Origin: an uncultured Acidobacteriota bacterium
GTDB taxonomy: Bacteria > Acidobacteriota > Blastocatellia > RBC074
Direction: 5' to 3'
Assembly (NCBI GenBank): GCA_963794955.1
Contig: CAWCGF010000003.1
Coordinates: forward strand, 262,350 to 326,349
Length of the DNA stretch: 64,000 nt
Below the pieces are notes generated by a model. That model was not told the origin of the DNA. It saw only the letters and a program-made list of their open reading frames with translations, and searched no databases. Position 1 is the stretch's first letter, and each line of letters begins with the position of its first letter. Positions 41,433-48,912 of this stretch are shown here, in pieces. Both the position numbers and the translations under genes were made by a program.

Positions 41433-42935
41433 CTAGTTGCGACAGACTTGCCCAATAACTGCCAATTTAGCATTGCTTAAATAGCCATACCGATTGATCC
41501 AGATGCCGTGCGGACTGGCGCGCCAGGCCGTCTGCAAGCGTTGGCGAAAATCCGCCAGCGGCCCATCGCCATGCGCGATGGCATAAACTGGCGTGGCACC
41601 ACTTTCAGCCTGCGCCTGCTTGATCTTGCGAGCTTGGGCTTGCGCGCCGACCGGATGCGCTTCGTGGGGTTCGGGATAATGGTAAGCAGATAATTTGGCC
41701 AAACCTTGATCGTCGGCGATGTCAAGCAAACGCACCAGCACCCGCGCCAACAAGGTTTCGGATAACGCGGGATTCGCCCTTTGCAACGCATCGCCATAAA
41801 ACCGTAGCATCAAGGGCCAGTGCATTGTGTAAAGCTTCACGCCAATGCCAACGCTGTGTTTCGCGACGCGTGCGTAATCCATTCCGCCCAATAACGAGAA
41901 CGGCGGCGGAAAAGCGTTGGGCATCAGTTGCTTGCCCGCTTCGTCGAGTACCTTGCGGAAACCTGCCAGCAATTCGTCTGCGAGCATGGCTTTGAAACGC
42001 AATAAGTCGCCTAGCCCCGGATGCTCAACCAGATATTTCGACAAGTGATAACGCGCGCCGTCGCCTTCCAACCAGCGTTCCAAATCAGCATTCGTCAAGC
42101 CGCCGTGCAGCGTGCGGTAACATTCTGCCGCTTGCTCGCGCATTCGTTTGAAATCAATGCCCAATCGCTCGGCGGCTTGTTCGGCATGCACGCTGAAATC
42201 GAGAAACACATCGTCCAGCAGGTAAGGCGGGTATTCAGGCCAGTCCGTGCGAATGCCGTCAATTTCTGGATAAGCGTGGCACAAATCGCGCAAGAGCGCA
42301 GCGGTATAAGCGCGAATGTGCGGACTGGCGAGCGAGCCGTTATTGGCCATGCGTCGTGGGGGAATGCGTCCATCAGGCAAGCGCGCGCGGTCATCCTCTT
42401 GCGGCCCACCGAATTGCACCCGATAGCCGGGTGGAATCGCCGCCTGCACCTGCAAATAAACTTGCAAGCCAGCGGCTTTGGCGGCGCGCACAAATTCGCC
42501 CACGATCTGGCCGTCGCGTTTGGTCAATTCATTGGGCACTGAAGGTTGATAGCGCAAGCCAGCATAGAACTTGAGGTCAGGCGCGTAACTCGGTGCGGTG
42601 CGCACATACAGTTCGTGCCGTCCCCACAACGGACGATCCAGCAACCGCACCTTGCCCGCCCCCGCATCGTCAGGTGGTTCGCGACTGCCGCTGCGTTCAT
42701 CGGCAAGTTCCATAACATAGGGCGAGGTCGTCACCGCATTGGCTCCGGCGCGCTTGAGGTTACGCAGGACACCGGCAATGCTTTCATTTTGAATGAACTC
42801 CGGCATCACCGTGATGCCGAGCAATCGCTTGGGCGCAGGCGGCAGGCCAAACGATGTGAATGCGCCCGCCGCGCTTACGTTAAGGAATTGGCGGCGTGTC
42901 AACCGTTCGTTGATGAATAGTGAATCTGTTGGCAT
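41433..42935 (-). CDS. Tat-exported hypothetical protein, possibly a glycoside-hydrolase-like TIM barrel
   Basis: LTRRQFL leader; alternating alpha/beta pattern; DGIRTDWPEY segment. Family not firmly recognised. Confidence 0.6.
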   Translation of the reverse strand: MPTDSLFINERLTRRQFLNVSAAGAFTSFGLPPAPKRLLGITVMPEFIQNESIAGVLRNLKRAGANAVTTSPYVMELADERSGSREPPDDAGAGKVRLLDRPLWGRHELYVRTAPSYAPDLKFYAGLRYQPSVPNELTKRDGQIVGEFVRAAKAAGLQVYLQVQAAIPPGYRVQFGGPQEDDRARLPDGRIPPRRMANNGSLASPHIRAYTAALLRDLCHAYPEIDGIRTDWPEYPPYLLDDVFLDFSVHAEQAAERLGIDFKRMREQAAECYRTLHGGLTNADLERWLEGDGARYHLSKYLVEHPGLGDLLRFKAMLADELLAGFRKVLDEAGKQLMPNAFPPPFSLLGGMDYARVAKHSVGIGVKLYTMHWPLMLRFYGDALQRANPALSETLLARVLVRLLDIADDQGLAKLSAYHYPEPHEAHPVGAQAQARKIKQAQAESGATPVYAIAHGDGPLADFRQRLQTAWRASPHGIWINRYGYLSNAKLAVIGQVCRN

Positions 42936-43000
42936 AGATGTTATTTCTGAAAACAAAACTGAGGTACACACAACCATCTCTGATAGGCGCGTATGATCAT

Positions 43001-44158
43001 TTAGTCGCAATGCAAATACTTAACGGTCAGTTTTTCCAGCGACTGTTCATCAATGGTGATGCCTAACCCAGGGTCTTGCGGAACAGCGATAAAGCCGTCC
43101 TGCTGGACAAAGGGCTGGGCGCACAGTGTTTCTCGAATGGCGTTGGGCGTGCGATCAAATTCCATGACCGGTTCCTGCAAAAAAGGTTCCGGTTGCCGTG
43201 CAGGTGGACACGGCGGAAGGATCGAAGCCAGATGCAGCGTCGCCGCAATCATCACTGGCGAACCCCAGACATGCGGGTAAACGCGAACACCAAAGGCGCT
43301 CGCCATATCGGCAATGCGCCGCATCTCGGTCAGTCCACCCGCATGCATAATGTCCGGTTGGGCAATATCAATGACGCGCTCTGCCAGAAAATCCCTGAAA
43401 TCAAAGCGCGTGCGCAAACATTCCCCCCCGGCAATCGCCATGGGTAAAGCGGCTTTCACCTGCCGATACGCGGTCAGATCATTAGTGTTTACCGGCTCTT
43501 CAAACCAGCAAATATTCAAATCCGCCAGCGCCAGCCCCATCCTAATCGCTGTGGCGGCGTTGTAAGCCTGATTGGCATCCACGGCGAGGTAAACGTATGG
43601 GCCAATGGCCTCTCGTAGTGCCGTGACCCGTTTGATGTCCTCGGCAAAGGGCAATCCGCCCACCTTGGTTTTCATTCCCTTGAAGCCTTCGTCAACATAC
43701 GCTCTGGCTTCGTCCAGTAAACGAGTCGGAAACTCGCCATCAGTGTAGTAAAGACCTGTGGCGTAGGCGACTATTTTATCGCGCACTCGGCCTCCCAACA
43801 GGTCTGAGACTGACAATCCGGTTGCTTTCCCTGCGAGGTCCCACAAGGCAATATCAATGGCGCTGAGCGCATTCCCGCCAAAACCGCCTGCCAGATTGCC
43901 GTTGTACAAGGCATGAAACATTTTCTCCCACAAGCCAATCCGGTTCATGGGATTCTGCCCAAACAGAAGCGGTGCAAATATTTCTTGTATGATGGCACTG
44001 GCCGCGCCGCCTGCGCCTTCTCCCCATCCCACCAGGCCGTTGTCAGTCGTGAGTTTGACTAAGCCGGTGCAGCGTTTATCTGTCCAGCCCTGCGACCAGC
44101 CAAAAGGAGGCGAAATGGCACTTTGTAAGTGAAAGATTTCAATGTTGGTGATTTTCAT
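43001..44158 (-). CDS. Mandelate racemase/MLE-family enolase (galactarolactone cycloisomerase-like)
   Basis: GLVGWGE, SAIDIALWDLAGK, AYATGLY, FKGMKTKVG, AVDANQAY, WFEEP, AGGE, QPD, YPHVWG, MEFDRT. Confidence 0.88.
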   Translation of the reverse strand: MKITNIEIFHLQSAISPPFGWSQGWTDKRCTGLVKLTTDNGLVGWGEGAGGAASAIIQEIFAPLLFGQNPMNRIGLWEKMFHALYNGNLAGGFGGNALSAIDIALWDLAGKATGLSVSDLLGGRVRDKIVAYATGLYYTDGEFPTRLLDEARAYVDEGFKGMKTKVGGLPFAEDIKRVTALREAIGPYVYLAVDANQAYNAATAIRMGLALADLNICWFEEPVNTNDLTAYRQVKAALPMAIAGGECLRTRFDFRDFLAERVIDIAQPDIMHAGGLTEMRRIADMASAFGVRVYPHVWGSPVMIAATLHLASILPPCPPARQPEPFLQEPVMEFDRTPNAIRETLCAQPFVQQDGFIAVPQDPGLGITIDEQSLEKLTVKYLHCD

Positions 44159-44386
44159 GGCGGAAAATTCGTTGCACTAAACAGAATGATGTAATTGTTC
44201 TCGTTATAACTTGAACGAGCATAAAGGCTCCTATATTTTGCCGTCAATCGAAAATACCGGAAGGGCCTTTCAGAAAAACTGAAAGCGAAGAGAAAGGGCA
44301 AACCACTATGTTATGTAATTCTCTACAGTCTGAAATCTGTGTCAATCCCGCTACCATTTTAGGCACAACATGATTTTGCTTAGTCT

Positions 44387-44463
44387 CGTCTAAGTTCTGT
44401 CCAGTCTTTGTCAAGCCTTTTTCTGGAAAAAGGCTTGACAGGAAATTGGCAGTGAGTTATATT
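44387..44463 (+). promoter_or_regulatory. sigma70 promoter overlapped by a 15-bp-arm palindrome and 11-bp-phased TNNACA repeats (CarH/LitR-type operator)
   Basis: TTGACA (44435) - 17 nt - TATATT (44458); palindrome tgtcaagcctttttc-tg-gaaaaaggcttgaca (44409-44440); minus-strand TTGACA/TGGACA/TAGACG at an 11-bp period. Confidence 0.75.
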
Positions 44464-44647
44464 GATTCTTGTGAGAGAAATTCAGGTGATACCGGGATGC
44501 AATTTAAGCTCAATGCGCTCAATACAACCAGCCCCGCCGAGTATTTTCGTGTTTATGCCGAAATCAAGGTTTCAAAGCGTAATACACACCAAGTGAAGCT
44601 GGCGCGCATTATTTTAGTGGAGATGGTTCAGCACAACGTAGGAAGAC

Positions 44648-46144
44648 ATGGTAGAGGATAACTCAGCAACACCCCAGGTAAGTAATCAAAGGCCGCTGGT
44701 CTTGCTGACCGGTGCCACGGGTTATGTGGGGGGGCGGTTATTGAAGAACCTGGAGGGTTCTGGCTACCGACTTCGTTGCTTGGCGCGTCGGCCCGAGGCG
44801 CTTCGCTCCAGAGTTGCCACCGCCACTGAAGTTGTCGCTGGCGACTTGCTCGACCCAGCCAGTCTTGGCGCTGCGTTGCAAGAGGTGCAGACGGCTTATT
44901 ATCTCGTGCATTCGATGAGTACGGGCGGAAACTTTGAGGCTGAAGATCGTCGGGCAGCCCATAATTTTGGTACCGCAGCCCGCGCCGCAGGGGTTCAGCA
45001 GATCATTTATCTGGGTGGCTTGGGAGAAAGTGATGAATCGCTTTCTCCCCACCTGCGCAGCCGACACGAAGTCGGCCATATTTTGCGGGAATCCGGCGTT
45101 CCAGTCATAGAATTTCGGGCTTCGATAGTCATTGGTTCCGGCTCTCTCTCGTTCGAGATGATCCGGGCTTTGACGGAACGGCTGCCGATGATGATCGCTC
45201 CGCGCTGGGTGGCAACGCCCGCGCAGCCCATCGCCATTGAAGACCTGCTCGCGTATTTGATCGAGGCATTGAAATTGCCGCTCGGTCAAAACCAGACTTT
45301 TGAAATCGGCGGCACGGAACAAGCCTCTTACGGGGAAATCATGCAGGAATATGCCCGGCAACGCGGCTTGCGCCGCATCATCATTCCTGTGCCTGTTCTG
45401 ACGCCACATCTCTCCAGCCTCTGGCTGGGATTGATTACTCCTATTTATGCGCGGATTGGGCGCAAGCTGATTGAAAGCTTGCGCCATCCAACCGTGGTGC
45501 GCGATCAGTCGGCGCTTGAAGTCTTTAGCGTTCGCCCGCGCGGGATTCAGCAGGCCATCGCCCGGGCTTTGCGCCACGAGGATCGGGAATATGCTGAGAC
45601 ACGCTGGTCAGATGCGCTCTCTTCAGGCCGCCGACCAGAGGTTTGGGGCGGTGTCCGGTTTGGTTCGCGGTTGGTGGATTCGCGTCGGGTGCAAGTCAAC
45701 TGTGTCTCTGCGCAAGCATTCAGGCCAATTCAACGCATCGGTGGCCAAACCGGTTGGTACTATGGCGATTGGCTGTGGCGGATTCGAGGGTTTCTGGATC
45801 TGCTGGTAGGTGGTGTTGGACTGCGTCGCGGACGTCGTGATCCTGATTGGCTAAATACAGGAGAAACACTAGATTTTTGGCGCGTTGAAGAGTTTGAGCC
45901 GAACCATCTTTTACGGCTCGCAGCCGAAATGAAATTACCCGGCAGAGCTTGGCTGGAGTTTGAAGTAAAGCCTAATGAAATGGGCTCGACGATTCGCCAG
46001 ACGGCTATTTTCGATCCGGTTGGGTTGGCAGGTCTGGCTTACTGGTATGCGCTTTACCCGCTCCACCAATTTGTATTTGCGGGAATGCTACGTGGCATTG
46101 TCGCCGCAGCCGGGCGCGATGAGGGGCAGCGCGGCAAAACATAA
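44648..46144 (+). CDS. NAD(P)-binding atypical SDR with C-terminal DUF2867-type domain (YbjT-like)
   Basis: LLTGATGYVGG, AYYLVHSM, IIYLGGLG, RASIVIGSGSLSFE, LDFWRVE, AEMKLPGRAWLEF. Confidence 0.88.
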   Translation: MVEDNSATPQVSNQRPLVLLTGATGYVGGRLLKNLEGSGYRLRCLARRPEALRSRVATATEVVAGDLLDPASLGAALQEVQTAYYLVHSMSTGGNFEAEDRRAAHNFGTAARAAGVQQIIYLGGLGESDESLSPHLRSRHEVGHILRESGVPVIEFRASIVIGSGSLSFEMIRALTERLPMMIAPRWVATPAQPIAIEDLLAYLIEALKLPLGQNQTFEIGGTEQASYGEIMQEYARQRGLRRIIIPVPVLTPHLSSLWLGLITPIYARIGRKLIESLRHPTVVRDQSALEVFSVRPRGIQQAIARALRHEDREYAETRWSDALSSGRRPEVWGGVRFGSRLVDSRRVQVNCVSAQAFRPIQRIGGQTGWYYGDWLWRIRGFLDLLVGGVGLRRGRRDPDWLNTGETLDFWRVEEFEPNHLLRLAAEMKLPGRAWLEFEVKPNEMGSTIRQTAIFDPVGLAGLAYWYALYPLHQFVFAGMLRGIVAAAGRDEGQRGKT

Positions 46145-46490
46145 GAAGGCCAGAAACACGGAAGGCAGCGCGAAAGCGGTAATTGTTCGCCACTGTCTAC
46201 CGATATAAACACTGTGCCAAACCGCAAAATCAAAGACAGTGCACCGCTCAGGTGTTGATATACGCAAGGGATTTTCATTTATGATTCAAGCCATTCAGTT
46301 TATCGCCTTCTTAATAGGTGTTGTGCTTTATCTGGTTATTGGGTGCGACGGAGGTGTTTAGACTTGGGGCCGCACTCTTCGGGGTTGGTAGTGTCAGCGG
46401 AGGCCACCCTTGTCACTGAAACCAGCGAGCAATCATCCGAGGTCGTGCCGACATCACAGCCGAAGGCTAAATAATTATTTTCAACTACAA

Positions 46491-47252
46491 ATGCAAACTA
46501 ACGAAAAAAGAGAATCAGAGACGGCACCGGTCATTGTGGTGCTAGGCGCGACGGGCGGCATTGGCTCAGAACTTTGTCGCCGCCTGGCTGCCCAAGGCAC
46601 GCGGCTCTTAGCGGCTGGACGCGACCCGGAGAAGCTCGCGGCGCTTGCGGCTGAGACAGGAGCTCAGACTTTTACGCTCATTGGTGTGCAGTCCGAATCG
46701 GTGGAGGGGTGCATCAATCAGGCTAAAGAGACTTTTGGGCAGGTTGATGGAGTGGCCAATTGCATTGGCTCCCTCCTGCTCAAACCCGCTCATTTAACGA
46801 CCGATGCAGAGTGGGCTGCGACGCTGGACATCAATCTTGGTTCGGCCTTTGCGACGGTGCGCGCTGCCGCCCGCGTCATGACTCGAACGGGCGGTTCCAT
46901 CGTGCTGGTCTCGTCCGCTGCCGCGCGCATCGGTTTAGCCAATCATGAAGCCATCGCCGCCGCTAAAGCTGGAATCATCGGGCTGACCCTTTCCGCCGCT
47001 GCTTCGTATGCCGGGCGCGGCATCCGCGTCAATTGCGTCGCGCCGGGACTGGTGCGCACGCCACTGACAGCGCGCATCACCGGGAATGAAGCAGCGTTAC
47101 AAGGTTCGCTGGCGATGCATGCGCTGGGACGAATTGGAGAACCTGCCGACGTGGCTTCAGCGATAGCGTGGATGCTTGATCCTGCCCAAAGCTGGGTTAC
47201 CGGACAAGTGTTGGGCATTGATGGAGGCCTGTCCCGTGTGCGGCCACGATAA
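46491..47252 (+). CDS. Classical SDR oxidoreductase
   Basis: LGATGGIG, IGSLLLKPAH, SSAAARIGLANHEAIAAAKAG, VAPGLVRTP, VTGQVLGIDGG. Confidence 0.88.
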   Translation: MQTNEKRESETAPVIVVLGATGGIGSELCRRLAAQGTRLLAAGRDPEKLAALAAETGAQTFTLIGVQSESVEGCINQAKETFGQVDGVANCIGSLLLKPAHLTTDAEWAATLDINLGSAFATVRAAARVMTRTGGSIVLVSSAAARIGLANHEAIAAAKAGIIGLTLSAAASYAGRGIRVNCVAPGLVRTPLTARITGNEAALQGSLAMHALGRIGEPADVASAIAWMLDPAQSWVTGQVLGIDGGLSRVRPR

Positions 47253-47396
47253 AGTCGCAACTGGGCATAAGATTGCTGGGGCACGCTCATCCAGAATGGC
47301 GGCTTAGGACATTGCCAATTTTTTATTCACAGGCTGGTTTGTCATGAACGACGACCAGGCTAACTATGAAACCTAAAACATTTTGGAGGAAAGAAG

Positions 47397-47606
47397 ATGA
47401 ACGACAAAAATACAGAAACGACCACCTGGCCGGATTTAGCGATTGGGCTTTACGATAAACTTACAGGCCGCGGGGCAGAAATTACCTATGAGTTTGAGAA
47501 CTTTGAAGTGCTGGTTCCGAGCAACGCCGGAGCCAGTGCCGAGCACGCAAAGTGGCAAGTCAACGGTATCATGAAGCTGCGGACGCGGGATCAGGCCACT
47601 ACGTAA
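47397..47606 (+). CDS. Small hypothetical protein (69 aa)
   Basis: GGAGG RBS; globular composition; stop lies 2 nt before the next ATG. Confidence 0.7.
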   Translation: MNDKNTETTTWPDLAIGLYDKLTGRGAEITYEFENFEVLVPSNAGASAEHAKWQVNGIMKLRTRDQATT

Positions 47607-47608
47607 CC

Positions 47609-47960
47609 ATGCCAAAGCCACTCGACCTTTATGCCCGCCTCAGTATCTCAATAGATGGAAACCAGACTTAACGTCCGAGCGGCTGACAATCTCATCACCA
47701 TTGAGCTACCTGACCTACTGGTCGCACGTGCCCTATGCAAGACCTGGCGGTCTCGCCGCGAGCGGGAACGGTTTCTAGGCAAGGTGATGGCGATGTTAGC
47801 AGACCGTGATTGGCAGGTGGAAATCCGATTGAGCAACAGACAGGTTGCGAGGCTTGGCGTTGGGGTTCGACCAAGCCTTTCGGCCTGGCTACTAGGACTT
47901 AACCCGCTGGAACTCCACCCGATGCAGATACTGCGGGCGATAGCGAACCGTAATAACTAA
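47609..47960 (+). CDS. Hypothetical protein (probable start 47609 with a +1 frameshift near 47661)
   Basis: MPKPLDLYARLSISIDGN starts 2 nt after the upstream stop and joins ORF 47655 if one base of aacc is removed. Confidence 0.55.
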
Positions 47961-47996
47961 GGCATCTGCGATTCATTAACTAACGAGGAGATACTT

Positions 47997-48179
47997 ATGT
48001 TTAAAAAATCAGACTATTTGATATTAAGTGCCGCTTTTGTCTCGTTCCTTTTTTCCGTCTCGCTCTGGTTCGGATTCTTTGGGACACCGGATAAAGAGGC
48101 GGGCATTTTTGTGGGCATTTGGGTGCCTTCGATACTTGGAGTAGGGAATTACTTCAAGCTCGTGCTAGGGGGCAAATAG
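47997..48179 (+). CDS. Small two-helix membrane protein (60 aa)
   Basis: GAGGAG RBS; two hydrophobic segments. Confidence 0.7.
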   Translation: MFKKSDYLILSAAFVSFLFSVSLWFGFFGTPDKEAGIFVGIWVPSILGVGNYFKLVLGGK

Positions 48180-48180
48180 A

Positions 48181-48300
48181 ATGTCCAATGTAACGATTTT
48201 TGCGGTAGGACTATTTGCTACCCTCCTACTCGGTAGCGGATTGATTTATACCATCATTGAATTGCGCGGCCTGTATAGTCAGGCAGAGAAACGTAAATGA
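48181..48300 (+). CDS. Small membrane protein (39 aa, below the ORF-track cutoff)
   Basis: MSNVTIFAVGLFATLLLGSGLIYTIIELRGLYSQAEKRK; ATG 1 nt after the upstream stop. Confidence 0.6.
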   Translation: MSNVTIFAVGLFATLLLGSGLIYTIIELRGLYSQAEKRK

Positions 48301-48467
48301 AATAGCTAAATTGTAAACGAGCCTGCGACTCATGACTTTCAGCTATTAGGCTGTGTTTGTTACCGTAGAACGATTAGGATTCGGTTTGCCAAAGATTGGG
48401 AAAAGCTCTTCCATAAAGGCGCGGGTAGAAATAAGTTTATTGCCCAGGTTGAGCAACGACGGCAGCT

Positions 48468-48753
48468 ATGAGTAATTTGGAGTACCCCATACGAGCCATT
48501 TCAAAGATGACCAGACTGAGCGTGGACGAGGCTGGGAGCGCCGTTATCAGGCAATTACGCCAGCGCGCCACGGGCACGGGCGAATGTACAGCGAAGGGAA
48601 CGTCAAGCCGTTGACCTTGTTGCGCGAAGCTGTGGGCCGGGGGGCGCAATGTCCAGCGCGATCGTGCGCGAGATTAAAGCCACGTCGGCCATTTACCTGC
48701 AAGATTTCCAGGCGCTGGAGCAACATCTGATTCGCCTAAGGGCGCGGTTCTGA
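48468..48753 (+). pseudogene. Internally deleted, frameshifted MerR-family CarH/LitR-like repressor
   Basis: MSNLEYPIRAISKMTRLSVD / WERRYQAITPARHGHGRMYSEGNVKPLTLLREAVGRG / (A)QMSSAIVREIKATSAIYLQDFQALEQHLIRLRARF, read across frame changes. Confidence 0.72.
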
Positions 48754-48912
48754 TACGAACAAAAAGCCAGTTGCTTTTGCCGCTGCTCGGTCAGACTCGG
48801 CTAGCATCTTTCCCCTCTGCTTACGTCTGAAGCCACACATTTACAATCCCAACCATCACGCTTATCATCTACATAATTTCTGTTCCCCCATCCATTGAAG
48901 GAGAATTGATTT

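Noticed and set aside
44281-44340. aagggcaaacca resembling the start of a c-di-GMP-I riboswitch
   Set aside because: The required GNRA-capped P2 stem and the downstream cgcaaa/P3 elements are absent.
44446-44661. 71-aa ORF between the promoter and the DUF2867 gene
   Set aside because: Its start lies inside the promoter; the later ATG has no convincing RBS and the product has no recognisable features.
46281-46474. Possible 63-aa membrane protein MIQAIQFIAFLIGVVLYLVIG...
   Set aside because: Requires two frameshift corrections; plausible given the error pattern but unsupported.
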